Of a stretch of DNA of 64,000 bases, positions 49,711-61,789 are shown piece by piece; the stretch's first letter is position 1, and every line of letters begins with the position of its first letter. The DNA comes from Paraspadella gotoi (lineage: Eukaryota; Animalia; Chaetognatha). The stretch spans positions 11,409,818-11,473,817 of the forward strand of contig CM119265.1 in the NCBI GenBank assembly GCA_051294375.1. The letters are read 5' to 3'. The position numbers were made by a program, and so were the translations under genes. The notes beneath the pieces are model-generated. The model was not told where the DNA came from and did no database searches. It saw nothing but the letters and a program-made list of their open reading frames with translations.

Positions 49711-50825
49711 TATGTATGTACGAAAAACATAATAAAAATTTTCAGAAGAGAAATTGATAAGAGCAAACATTAACCTCCGTATGATTGTAGAGAAAAGCAT
49801 AAAATACAAGAACAATGCATCGGTATATTTTTATCATGAAAAGTTATCGAGTTTTACTATTTCGTTACAAAAAAGTACGAAATTTTTCGGTTTGTTAGAT
49901 AAAGTAGCGAGAAGTCGTAATAAATTCATCGCGCATGACGCAAAATGCGCGAATGAAAGGTAAACTTTATGAAAAAGAAAGGTGATAGAAAATGTTGTTA
50001 CTTATCCTTTGTTTTTTTAAAGACAAGTTCTAGCAAGATCACGAGTTTCGCGAGTGGGGGGGATCAGGTTTCCGAGAATTTCGGCTTTTTTTATGGTTCT
50101 GCCTTCCGATTCGACGGCATGCCCGTAATAAATAGTATAAAATGGGCATATTTCGAAAGCGTGGCGTCTTGGGAAGCCCTTGCCGGTGGAGCGCGAGAAA
50201 AATACGGTCATCTTGACATGAAAAATGGACTAATGTGGACTGGTTTTACGGTTTTTTTGCTTCCTCATCTTAGACTTGATTTTCTACTAACCTATGTTGA
50301 TTATTTTTTTGTCCTTAACATTTATGATAGATTGGCGTCTTGGCTAAGACAGGGTATCTTAATTTGTTTATATTTTTGCAAGCTTGCTTGTTTAATTTAA
50401 CAATCAATTAAACTGCTTTTTTGGCCATTAATTCGAACGTCACGCCGATAGTATTTTTTACTTTTTATTTTACCTTCGGCCAGATTGGGGTAAAGTCTTT
50501 TGTTTCTGGGTGGAGCGCGCGAAAGATTTTGGTGTTTTTTAAAAAAATCCGAAGAAACAAAGGGCTTTTGTTTCGATTAACATTTTATTGGACCGAACGA
50601 GCATATGACTCTAGCCGAGGAATCAAATCCGAAAGCCATTGGCCTTGCGACGAGCAACCGCGGTTTCCGAAAGAGAGGATTTTGGTGGCTCGTTTGTTTT
50701 GAAACATCATTTCTCGCGGTACTTTTTTTGATGGAATTTTTAAAAAAATTTAATATAATATTGGTTATTTATTAAGTATTTATCAATTTGTGGATAATTC
50801 GCGTTCTGTAGAAGAAGAAAATGGT

Positions 50826-52240
50826 TAGATATGTCGCTCCGGCGTAAGAAAAAAATCGAAAAGAACGAAGCGGTTTCTGATATTTGTGTTCTGAGCAATT
50901 TTTGCATTAGCAGCGCAGTAAATATTACAAAACCATGGAAGGTTTTGAAACTACAGTGTTTGGGCTATCCAAGCAGCGGAACAAAAAAAATCCATAAAGG
51001 TCTTGTGCAAAAAATACTAAAAAGAAAGCACGGCTTTCAAATTTTTATATTTGCTGTTTTACTGTAGAAGTCAAATATATTTGCAGCGGTCTTGTACTGA
51101 TTTCGATTCTGTTGGGTTTAGTCTATCTTTCAAGCGCACACAAAAAAATAAAATTGATGTCATAGTATGAAATAATAGCAATAATCAAAAATTTTCTATC
51201 AAAGTTTTTTGTAATTTTTGTTTACTGTTTTTGCCAACATGCTCTTTAAAATTTAAAAATAAAGATTAACTAATGAAACTATAATGTTTTAGGTAATTTC
51301 GTTGCCGGAACAAAGAAAATTCATTGATATTATAGTATCAATATGGAGCCTTGAAATACTTATTTTCTTTGTAATTTACCTCTTTATTGATAAAAGCCTT
51401 GTATTACAGTGTAAATGAAAACAATATCACCATACGCTACATTCATTTGCATGTTATTAAAAGGCTGTAGTGGTTTTTTTAATAAAAATCGTTTATATTC
51501 ATATAGCTAATTAGAATTATGCAAAGGTTTTAATTTGCACCTAAAGATGACCCAAATTTATAAATCTGATAATAGTCTTTTAGCTCTGTCATTTTTGAAT
51601 CAGCCGGAACAAAGTTTGAACTCCTGAATTTTCATATTTAAATAATGTCTTTTAAGGTAACTAATGAAATTAGCTTTTTTTTCTTTTCATCAAAATGATT
51701 TTATAATTCTTAGTATTTACTTATACGTAAAAGGCATAGAAAAATTTTGCTTATATCACAAACAAAATTCAAGTTACTCTTTCGAAACTATATTTTTTTA
51801 TTTTATAAATGTTGCCAAGTGTGTTTAAATTAATTTCAAAAGTTGTTATACTTTTGACTAAGATTTCGATCCAGATTTTAAAAAAATCCTTTGAAACGTT
51901 TAAGAATAATTATATGGAAAAGATGCCCAATAATTAGAGCTTTAATTTGACACAGTCCATTGTTATATCATATTTTGTGTTCAAAAGATATCTCAGAAAT
52001 CATTTTTTTTTATGTCAATTAAGTCACTCGGCTGAAGTAAAAAATTTGAGCGGAACCAAAAAGAAATTTAACGAATGCAGATTTGTTTTAAAAATTGGGT
52101 GTGGAAAATGACGTTTTATGTGGATTTATTTTAAACGCTTGGATCGATTGATTTGAAATTTATCAACAATATTGACATCATTTCCTCTCAGTAAATGTAA
52201 AAATATTTTAATAACATTATAACAGCCAGGTAATTTGCCT
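50826..52240 (+). repeat. Diverged paralogous copy of 36855-37610 plus 47490-48150
   Basis: Colinear, with mostly substitution differences; three gcnggaacaaa motifs retained; lacks the hammerhead unit. Confidence 0.8.
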
Positions 52241-52944
52241 AACTAAAATGGTAAGAATAAAAAATACAAAGATGAAGAATTGTGACGTAAGAGAAGTAAA
52301 AAAGATCCTGATATGGCAACAGCGGGTTGCCTGTGATGCCCATTGGGGATGGGGCATCTCACTGTTAGCTTTGGGGGCTGTCCGACCCTCAGTGACGCAT
52401 CCAGTCACTGTGAGGGTTACCCGAGGACGGTCTCGCTTTGCCAACGCAGAGGGAAGTTATTAGGACTGTGGATGGAACACTACGCCTGGGATTATGTGTT
52501 CCCCCTCTGAGTCAATGGAATATACCGCCACACTGATCCACTTTTATCAACGCCCGGACCAAATAGACCTCACGGTCTAATCGGTCCTATTTTTTTGTCC
52601 GGTCGGTCTATGGTCATTGTCAAAGTGACCGTTGGGACTGACCGGCTCTAAGCAAGAGGAGACGAAGGGTTTAGAATTAGAGAGACCGGTCGTAAGTCGC
52701 CTCACAACTACATTTTGGTACATTTTATATTAGTAGTTTTTATCATACTAATTTTCTGATATATCCAAAATAGCCAGACGTTTTAGTAACCTAGTTACCT
52801 TTCAAGTTAAAATTTGATTTTTTTATTATTTGTATAAATATGTTTAAACACGAATTAAATTTTTTTGTTAAGTTTTTGTCGCCAATAGCCTGTTAAGATT
52901 TTCTAGTATTTTTAACACCCTCTTTGTGCGGAGGCACTCTTTTC

Positions 52945-53220
52945 TCAGCGACGCACTCTTCTCGGCGACGCACTCTTCTCTCGGTGACGCACTCGGCTCT
53001 CGCGACGCACTCGGCTCTCGGCGACGCACTCGGCTCTCGGCGGACGCACTCGGCTCTCGCGACGCACTCCGGCACTCTCGCGCGACAGCACTCGGCTCTC
53101 GGACGACGCACTCGGCTCTCGGCGACGCCTCGCTCGGCGACGCACGTCGGCTCTCGGCGACGCACTCGGCGACGCACTCGCTCTCGGCGACGCCTCGCTC
53201 TCGGACGCACTCGGCGACCA
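52945..53220. repeat. GC-rich ~18-bp minisatellite
   Basis: ctctcggcgacgcactcgg repeated. Confidence 0.9.
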
Positions 53221-54042
53221 ACTCGGTTAATAAATTTTTTAAATTTTTTTTATATTCTCATTACTCTCATTCTCTAATCTTTTCAGGGACAACCCATTTT
53301 AGATAATTGTACGAATTAATCTTGCTCTTTTAATACTTACAATTTTTTTTTTTTGGTTAACTTTCAGCATTTTCTTCGGCTGTTTTATTTTCAAGATTAT
53401 ACCTATTGATTATGCTTTATTTTTATAGTAAATATAATCCTTATGTATTTGCTAGAGCATTACCTTTCCACCCCACCCCCTGTCTAGGATTGTTGGCGTG
53501 GCCGGATCCGCCGCCAACTCCAAACTTCAAACCAAACTTTCAAACCCAGATGGCTGATCCGAAACAAGACAGCAAAAAGGATTGGTGTAATCTACCCTGT
53601 AAATAATCCTGAGTTTTTGAATATTTTTTTTTCCTGTGTTTCCTTTGATTTTGAATATAAATTGTTTTTGCCTCTCACTCTTGAAAAAATCTTTAAATAT
53701 TTGTTTTAAAACGATATCAGCTGCAATACAGTGATAATTACAGATTTTAATTAATAGGCCATTAGCTGGAGGATTAGTAACAAATGTCCAATGTTCATAG
53801 AATGGGAAAATAAATTATAAAAAGTTAGTAGTTTTTTTTAATCTTAGTTTTTGTAACGACATTAATAGGAGCTTACTGGCAGTACATTAATTTGTTAACT
53901 ATGTTTGTTTAATATGGTAAATAATGTCATAATTTGTGCAATATACATTTTTTTGGTTCAGTAATACTAATTTTAAAATAAATAATAATTGTTTTAGATT
54001 TATTTTAATTGCTATTTTTATATTTGAAGCAGAAAATGAATT

Positions 54043-54293
54043 GTTGTTTATGTACAAATTTTATAAAGAAACATAAATTTTGGGCATGTTTCAGCTTTAA
54101 TGTAAGCTTTCCTCTGCGTAAAAACGAATTTTATTGGTGAAACAAATATTTCAGACTCTCTTTTTCTCTTCAAATTTCAAGTCTGTAAAATATTTGTTTC
54201 ACAAATTAATTCGTTTTCGCGCTGATAAAGGTTTACATTGAATCAGAAACATGTCCGAAATTTGTTTCTTAATAAAACTCGTACGTAAACAAC
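54043..54293. repeat. Imperfect fold-back of two degenerate hammerhead units
   Basis: Arms 54043-54157 / 54180-54293. Plus arm CTGATAA-A-GGTTT..GAATC-A-GAAA-CATGTC; minus arm CAGAGGA-A-AGCTT..AAGCT-GAAA-CATGCC. Confidence 0.8.
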
Positions 54294-54314
54294 CAAAAAA
54301 AAAAAAGAAAACAA

Positions 54315-54650
54315 TTAGTTAAATACTTATTTTCACTATGGAGAAACAGTGCATAAGAAACAAAAATTTTTTTAATTTTTGCCATATATTTCGACTTAAT
54401 TTCTAAAGTCATCAGTGGCTGAAAGAGACAAAACAGATAAGGTAATAAATATCAAAAAATAAAAGAAAGGTTAACCATCTCTCTCTTAATGGTTAACCTT
54501 TCTTTTATTTTTTAATATTTATTACCTTTTCTTGTTTTGTCTCTTTCAGCACTGATGATGACTTAAAAATTAAGTCGAAATATATGGCAAAAAAAAAAAA
54601 TTTGTTTCTTATGCACTGTTTCTCCATAGTGAAAATAAGTATTTAACTAA
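54315..54650. repeat. Near-perfect fold-back of two hammerhead units of a second subfamily
   Basis: Arms 54315-54478 / 54489-54650 with a 10-nt loop; CTGATGA-T-GACTTAA-aaa-TTAAGTC-GAAA-TATA-TGGC at 54552-54588. Confidence 0.88.
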
Positions 54651-56678
54651 GCATTCTACTAGTGCATGTGATGACATTAAAGCAATGAAAAACAATATTT
54701 TTATAGTTTTTTAAACGGTTAGCAATTGGTTTAAGGTTGGTTAGGGATTAGGGGTGGTTAAGGATTTGTAATAAAAATTTTTTTTTACCCTTACTAGTAT
54801 TTTTTTTTTATTTTTGCGTAGCGAGATTTCAATATGTCGCTCATGAGAAGCGAAAAAAAAATAACCGACCGCAAAATCCCGGTTGGCAAATGTAAAAATA
54901 TCCGCCTTTGTCGTTGTATTCGTCCAGGTTCCAAAAATGAGGAAATAATTATTATTAATATGAGGAAATTATAATTACTGAAAAACTTAAATAAGTGTAT
55001 GGATGAGAATTTAATTATAATAAGACAGACGCTGCCATCGACGTTGCCTCTAGCCTTCGCGAGGTTCACCTTGACGACGCCCCCGCCTTCCTCCGTCACT
55101 CATAGGTTCGGACGGCGTCTTCATCGATTTTCCGTCTCGGCTACAAGTCCCTCGAGTGGACACCAAGGATGCACTCCGTTTTAGAGCGTAGTGAAAGTTG
55201 CATACCAAAATTCTAAATGTCAATTATCAACAACATACCAAAGTGAACATTAATTTATAAAAAATGTTCATTAGTATAATGTTGTTTGTTTCTCATTTTA
55301 GAATTTTAATTAAAGTTGAATTTAGATTTTTACTACGCTTTACTCAGCAGTCAACGATTCGCAAAGAAAAAGCCCAAAGTAAAAGACCTGCTACGCCAAA
55401 AGGCGGCCCGCGTTGATTCCGTCGTCGCGGCGGTCAACGAAGCCTCCACAAACGGAATTTAGACTAAATTGTACATTAAAATATTTATATTACTTTGTAA
55501 ACTGAAACTGACACAAAAAGTTGTAATTAACAAACCATTAACCGGTTGTAGATAAGGTTGGTTATGGTCGTCGAAAAGTTAACTTGCCCACTTGCTTGTA
55601 CTATGCAACCCGTAGTGGTCAGTAAGAATGACCTGATTATAACAGACCATGAATGACCTTGTTATGGTGACCTTTTCAGCCAATGTAAATACGTAGTTGT
55701 GATTTTTAGGTTTTAGTCTTTCTTGCCACCGCAACGATTCCGCGCCTCGCCCGGGCGTCTCGCAGCACCAATCAGCCTCTCGTTACGTTGGCGGCGGCGC
55801 CCCGCCGCCTGGAGATTCGTCAAACCCCTGGCAAAGGTCCTTGGCGCCTTTTGCACAAATCCGCGTCGAGAAGATCCACCAATGCCCGCACCAATGAACT
55901 CATTCATTACATTTTTTTCCGCTTCGTAATTTACTTTTCTATTTGGCCCGGAACGAGGATTTCAGGTTTACCGTTGATTCCGACGGACTAATGATTAGTA
56001 CTACGTAGTTCAAATCTTATGTAGCCCACTTTTTCGCTCGTTAAGCAACGAAAGTTGATCCCCGGAGCGCGGCTTTTTTGGTTCGTTTTTGGCGATTACT
56101 TTTGAACGCGTGGACGATTTTATGAAATTTTAAACTAAGAAAATTGAGGGAATTCGCTATCGATCGATACCAATTTTATCGAAGAACGAGGCACGGGAAT
56201 TAAAAGATAGTGGTCTTGCTACAAGTTCTAAATTATTTATTTTCAATTTATTAAAAAAATGCTTTTGCTTTTTAAGCAATACCAAATTGGAGTCGGATTT
56301 GATGGCAAGAAAAAATTGGCAATAGTGGTAAAAAGTATACTTGTTATACCGTGCATTTTTATCGTCGCAATCGCTTTGTGTTTGCGACGATTTCGTAACG
56401 TTTTTGCGCATAAATGGCGTAGGCGTTGTCGTCGTCATTGTTGTCGTCGGCGTTCCAACTTATATGAAGCTCTCTCTCTCTCTTTCCCCCAGTTGCTGAT
56501 TGCTGCCGCTGCTGATTCATCCGAAAACGATTTGGCTTCTNNNNNNNNNNNNNNNNNNNNNNNNNCATCGGGAAAAAAGAGTCTGCAGCTGCTTCTGCTC
56601 TGCTTCGGCTCTGCAGGGGCTTTCTTTTTTTCTCTCTTTTTTCCTGCTGCTGCTGCCTTTTGATTTCTTTTTTTTTTC

Positions 56679-56719
<41 letters not shown>

Positions 56720-56824
56720 TTCTTTATCTTTCTCTCTCTCTCTCTCTCTTCTCTCTCTCTTTCTTTCTCTTCTCTTTTTTTTTCTCAGGGCTGCTTCTGC
56801 TGATCAGTTTTATTGACAATGAAG

Positions 56825-57051
56825 CTCAGTCTGGCTTGTTTGATATCCAGATATGAATGATGATTTGAAAAGAGAAAAAAAATGCGAGCCCCTATCAGAT
56901 GCAACAGGATCGGAATCAGTGTTTTTACATCGGATATTTTACCAGAATTTTTTTACCAGGAGCGTTTATATTGTTTGGTAGTCAGATTTGAACGAAAATC
57001 TCCATTGAAAAGTCTTCCACTGCGATCTCCAAAAGAACGACGTAGACTCCA
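56825..57051 (-). mobile_element. 5' fragment of the TAGGA MITE family (B-like)
   Basis: Reverse complement of ~30600-30805. Confidence 0.7.
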
Positions 57052-57919
57052 TTAACACTCTGTAAAATAAGCACGCCAGCTCGCACATATTCGGTGATGT
57101 ATATCATTTTTGTAAATTGCAACATCGGTGTTTTTATTTCGTTCTACTTTATCGTCACTCTCTCTTTTTTTTATTTTTTTCTTTCCTCTTCTTTCTTTCC
57201 TTTCGTATTCTTTCTTTCCTTTCTATTCTTTCTTTCCTTTCTTTTCTTTCTTTCCTTTCTATTTCTTTTACCTTTCTATTCTTTCTTCCATCTCTCTCTC
57301 CGGGGCTTCTCAGGGGCTGCATCTGCTGATCAGTTTATTTGACAATGAAAAAGTTGTCTCCTGCTGCATCTGCTGATTCGTCCAAAAACGATTTGGCTTC
57401 TCTCTCTCTCTTTCTCTCTCTCTCTGCGTTTTTATTTTAAAAAAAAAAGAATTAGGATTGAACTCGTAAAATTAGGCATCCTGCATTTCGTAGATGTTAT
57501 CATTTAGGGGGACGAGAGCAATGTCTCCTAAAATTAATAACTATTATTGATATGTTATATTATATCGCCAGCGGGGACAGTTATTAATAAATGGACGATT
57601 ATAGTATAAGTATATAATAAGCGCGGAAAAAGAAATTATTATATTTTAAGCGCCATCTTAGCATAGTATTGGTACCAAAAAGTTTTATTCCTGTAAAAAT
57701 CTTGGTGCACCATCAAAGTTAACGGAAATTAGAATCATACTCTGTAATATGAAAATTTAGATCAACAATAACTAAAATTACAAAAAAAATGGAGTTTTAA
57801 GAAAAACAAATAGATAAATAAAGTTAATTTAGTTACACATGTCTAAACTAATTCTAAGTAATGCTATATTATATAAATATCACATCTAAACTTATCCACT
57901 TATTATATAAAATACAAAT

Positions 57920-58700
57920 ATTTAAGAGAGACAAAAGTTTTTCGCCGAAAACAATTAATTTTGATTTGTAATTAAAAATCGGACATGTGTCGACTCGATT
58001 TTTTAATCTTCATCACGTTTGAAATTCACAAAATTTGTATTTTTCACAAACATCAAGTTAGTGATGAAGAGAAAGAGACAGAGAGAGAGAGACTAGACGC
58101 AGAAAAAAAGAATTTAGGAACGTTCCAAAAATTAGTAAGATTTTTTCCTACCTTCATTAACCCTGACCCCATATACCGTCGATGCAGCTTAAAAATTTTT
58201 ATCTATCATCATTTACTTATTTATTCTTCTCTGGACACTCAAACTATTTTGCTGCATATTTCAATAGCTTCATTACTGGGACTGATTGCTGGATTTACTA
58301 AAATAATTGACAATACCCATCAGCTTAATCTTATTAACTTCTTATGTTGTTGTTAAGTTTTCCATTCATCATTGTTGTAACATTAACCTATACAACTGTA
58401 TATTTTTCTCTGTAAACTCTCTCTTTCTGCTCTCTCACCTCTTTTTTCAACCAGTTTCAAATTCACTCTCCCTTCTTACCCTTGTCCTCTATCTTTTTAG
58501 CTCATCTTTTAGTTAACTCTCACATCTTATAAAGGTCTCTATCCTATACCACTCTTCTCTGCTCACGACCCAAACTTGATGTTTGTGAAAAATTGAATAT
58601 GTGACTTTCAAATGCTGATCTGACCTCGAAACTATCCAATTGTCATTAACAAATGAAAATTAATTGTTGTTCAAACGATAAACTTTCGTCTCTCTTAAAT
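57920..58700. mobile_element. Pseudo-LTR unit (plus, ~58130-58700) preceded by an inverted partial copy (57920-58090); both hammerheads degenerate
   Basis: Outer ends atttaagagagac / gtctctcttaaat; shared aacttgatgtttgtgaaaaat; minus arm GTGATGAAGATT..GAGTC-GACACATGTC. Confidence 0.7.
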
Positions 58701-59279
58701 CTAAAACAAACAACTAAAAGAAAGGCTAAATACAATCAGTATAAATAAAAGGAATAGAAAAAATAAATATAAGCCCTTCGTGGTCACTGAAGTGACAAGC
58801 AAATTTATAGCTTTTTCCTTCTCACCGAAGTAAAAGCCATATATTTGTTTAAATATTTTTCGAAGTGGTCGTTTAATGAACATTGACAGTGTTATGTCTT
58901 AATCTTCAATTCCACTTGATTTTTACATGTTTTGGGTTAATCTCAATGTAAATGTCAAATAAATGATAAATAAAATTGTAAATAAGTTTTTTTCTAGATA
59001 AAGTAAATGTTGTAAAATAAATTTGTTTAGAATATATCCTTTAGACATTCCGTTAAAAACTACGGTTTCATACGGCTGATATTTTATAGAGAGAAAACGA
59101 TTAATGGAAGGATAACAAGTGACTAGGGCTGTTTTGCCGCAAAAGAAAGCCATAAGAACGGTTGAAAATACTAGTCAGAAAAGCGTTCAACAGATATGAC
59201 CAGCCGGAGAAAAGAACCAAAAATATTTAATTACTTAACTAATTATTTAATCATGCGTAAAAGTAGAAAAAATCAGGAA

Positions 59280-59575
59280 AACTTTTTATTTGGTTTACCA
59301 CAAACAGATGACTGTATTTATTATACACGAATAGACATGTTTTGTCTGCTAATTGCGAGAGTTTAATACAGGCGCAAAATACGAGAGAGTGAGATGAGAA
59401 AGAGTCGCGAAAGAGAGAGTGAGAGTCGAGAGATAGAGAAGAGAGTGTGTGAAGAGAGAGAGAGAAGAGTGATACAAAGTAAGGTTTTAAATTCAAAAAA
59501 AAGAGTTTTAGAAAGGACAGATATTAGTGATGAGTACAGGCTGAAGAATAAGGTCAGAGAGGAATGGAAGAACAA
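59280..59575 (-). mobile_element. Degenerate pseudo-LTR-family copy
   Basis: CT-rich core on the minus strand ending ..gacaaaacatgtc..aataaa. Confidence 0.35.
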
Positions 59576-60129
59576 CGTTGCGCCGAATTTTTATTTCATC
59601 TCCAAGAGGCATAATGCCATTAATCAATAACAAACATAAGACATGGAAGCTTTTTTTTATGATATTTTCCTAGATGTTAGCTAAACTGCCGCTACTGTAA
59701 TACTTTAGTATCTAAATCAAAGTTTTAAAGTTTAAATTCGAGAACTTGAAAACATTTTTTTAACAAAACAATTGAAGAGCCTTTTGTTTTTAGATAGTTC
59801 CGCTAGGGAAATAACAAGGAAATAAAGAGAAGGATAACATTCATATTAATTTAATGCGTTTTAAATTGTGCGCAAAGATTTGGTGAGCATATTTCGTCTA
59901 TGTTATGCTAATTATTTTATAAAATGTTATTACGTCTAAAATTTACGTCCCCGCAGTGCAATCGTAGCGGTTGATCGCGAATCAGATCCCCGTCCGCGGC
60001 GGGCCGTTCGCACATATATATCATTTTCTTAATCCGCAACACATCGGGGCGGTTTTAAAGTTTGTATATTGATTCGTTCTTTCTCGTTCTCGAGTTTCAC
60101 TATTACTCTCAATGCTTGTATTTTTATTA

Positions 60130-60800
60130 TTTCTTTCTTTCCTTTCTATTCCTTCTTTCCTTTCTATTCTTTCTATTCCTTTCTTTCCTTTCTTTCTTTC
60201 CTTTCTATTCTTTCTTTCATTTCTATTCTCTCTTTCCTTTTTATTGTTTCTTTCCTTTCTATTCTTACTTTCCTTTCTATTCTTTTTTTCCTTTCTCTTC
60301 TTTTTTTCCTTTCTTTCCTTTCTATTCTCTCTTTCCTTTTTATTCTTTCTTTCCTTTCTGTTCTTTCTTTTCTTTCTATTCTTTCTTTCCTTTCTATTTT
60401 TTCTTTCCTTTCTATTCTCTCTTTCCTTTCTATTCTCTCTTTCCTTTCTATTCTTTCTTTCCTTTCTATTCTTTCTTTCCTTTCTATTCTCTCTTTCCTT
60501 TCTATTCTTTCTTTCCTTTCTATTCTTTCTTTCCTTTCTATTCTCTTTCCTTTTTATTCTTTCTTTCCTTTCTTTCTTTCCTTTCTATTCTTTCTTTCCT
60601 TTCTTTTCTCTCTTTCCTTTTTATTCTTTCTTTCCTTTCTATTTTTCTTTCCTTTCTATTTTTTCTTTACTTTCTATTCTTTCATTCCTTTCTATTCTTT
60701 CTTTCCTTTCTATTCTTTCTTTCCTTTCTATTCTTTCTTTCCTTTCTTTCTTTCCTTTCTATTCTTTCTTTTCTTTCTATTCTTTTCTTCTTTTTCTTTC
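60130..60800. repeat. 18-bp pyrimidine minisatellite (also at 57180-57300)
   Basis: ttctttctttcctttcta repeated; stop-free in three frames only because of composition. Confidence 0.92.
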
Positions 60801-61789
60801 TGTTTATAAATTAATTTTCTTTTCTCAAATTTGATTTTTTTTCGTATCAAAATTTGTCATCAATCCAGATTTTTCTTATGCGCTTTTTTTATATGTTTAT
60901 TATCGACTTAAAGTCTGATTTATTTCTTATTAGGACCCTGGTAGTTTTTAAAAGAATTGAAGACTGAAGAAAATCTTAGGGAGGAATGTGCCATTATAAG
61001 TGCTGATTTATAAAGAGTATCAATTGACATGGAGTTTCCAAGGAAAGGTTTAACGAACAATTTTAATTAATATTAATTTTTTTGTATCTCAAGAATCTGA
61101 AACTGGAAGACTATAATGTTGGGACTAAGTTACCACCACTGTCAATATTTTTGCCCGTCATCAAGGAAGCAGAGATCTTCATGACCACTTCAAAATGTAA
61201 TGAGGATGTCGGGTTTTAAATTTATTAAGTAAAAGTTTTATCCTATTATCACTGATGATATTTTAATGCAGTATTTTATTTTTACAGCAAAAAAGATCTT
61301 TTAAAGTATGCAAGCTATTGGATTATTTTTCTATATGGTAAAGTGCAGTGGAAATGTTTAAAAATATCAATATTATTTTTTAAATTATTTAGTTTATTAA
61401 CAAAAAACGAATTCTTTCAGTGACAGCAGTTTTCTGGGCAATACTCAAGGTGAGGTACATCCCAACTGATTGAGGGGGTCTGTCAGTACTACCTAAAGTA
61501 AGCAATTTTTGAAATGATAAGAAATCTCTATTTTAATTGTTTTAAGGTATAACTATAATAATTAAAAGATATTAAAATGATTGGACATCTAAGGTAATAA
61601 AGAAAAATAATTACATTGTAATTACATAAATTCTAACCATTTATATTTTTAATAAATGCATCAGGTTACCCAAATTTTGGATGCACAGAAAAAAATTATT
61701 CAATCGACAAATAAAGATTTTGTCAAAACCTGTCCAACCAAATTCATAACTTATAGAGATGAGCATCGTTCGAATCGAAGCTCCGATCA

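Noticed and set aside
52868-53306. Overlapping Arg/Ser/Ala-rich ORFs on both strands
   Set aside because: Translations of a GC-rich minisatellite
55020-55930. GC-rich islands as TTC17 or other exons (also 52300-52560)
   Set aside because: No recognisable motif and no consistent splice phases found by eye
60062-60834. Three overlapping 240-250 aa hydrophobic ORFs
   Set aside because: Translations of a pyrimidine minisatellite that cannot contain stop codons
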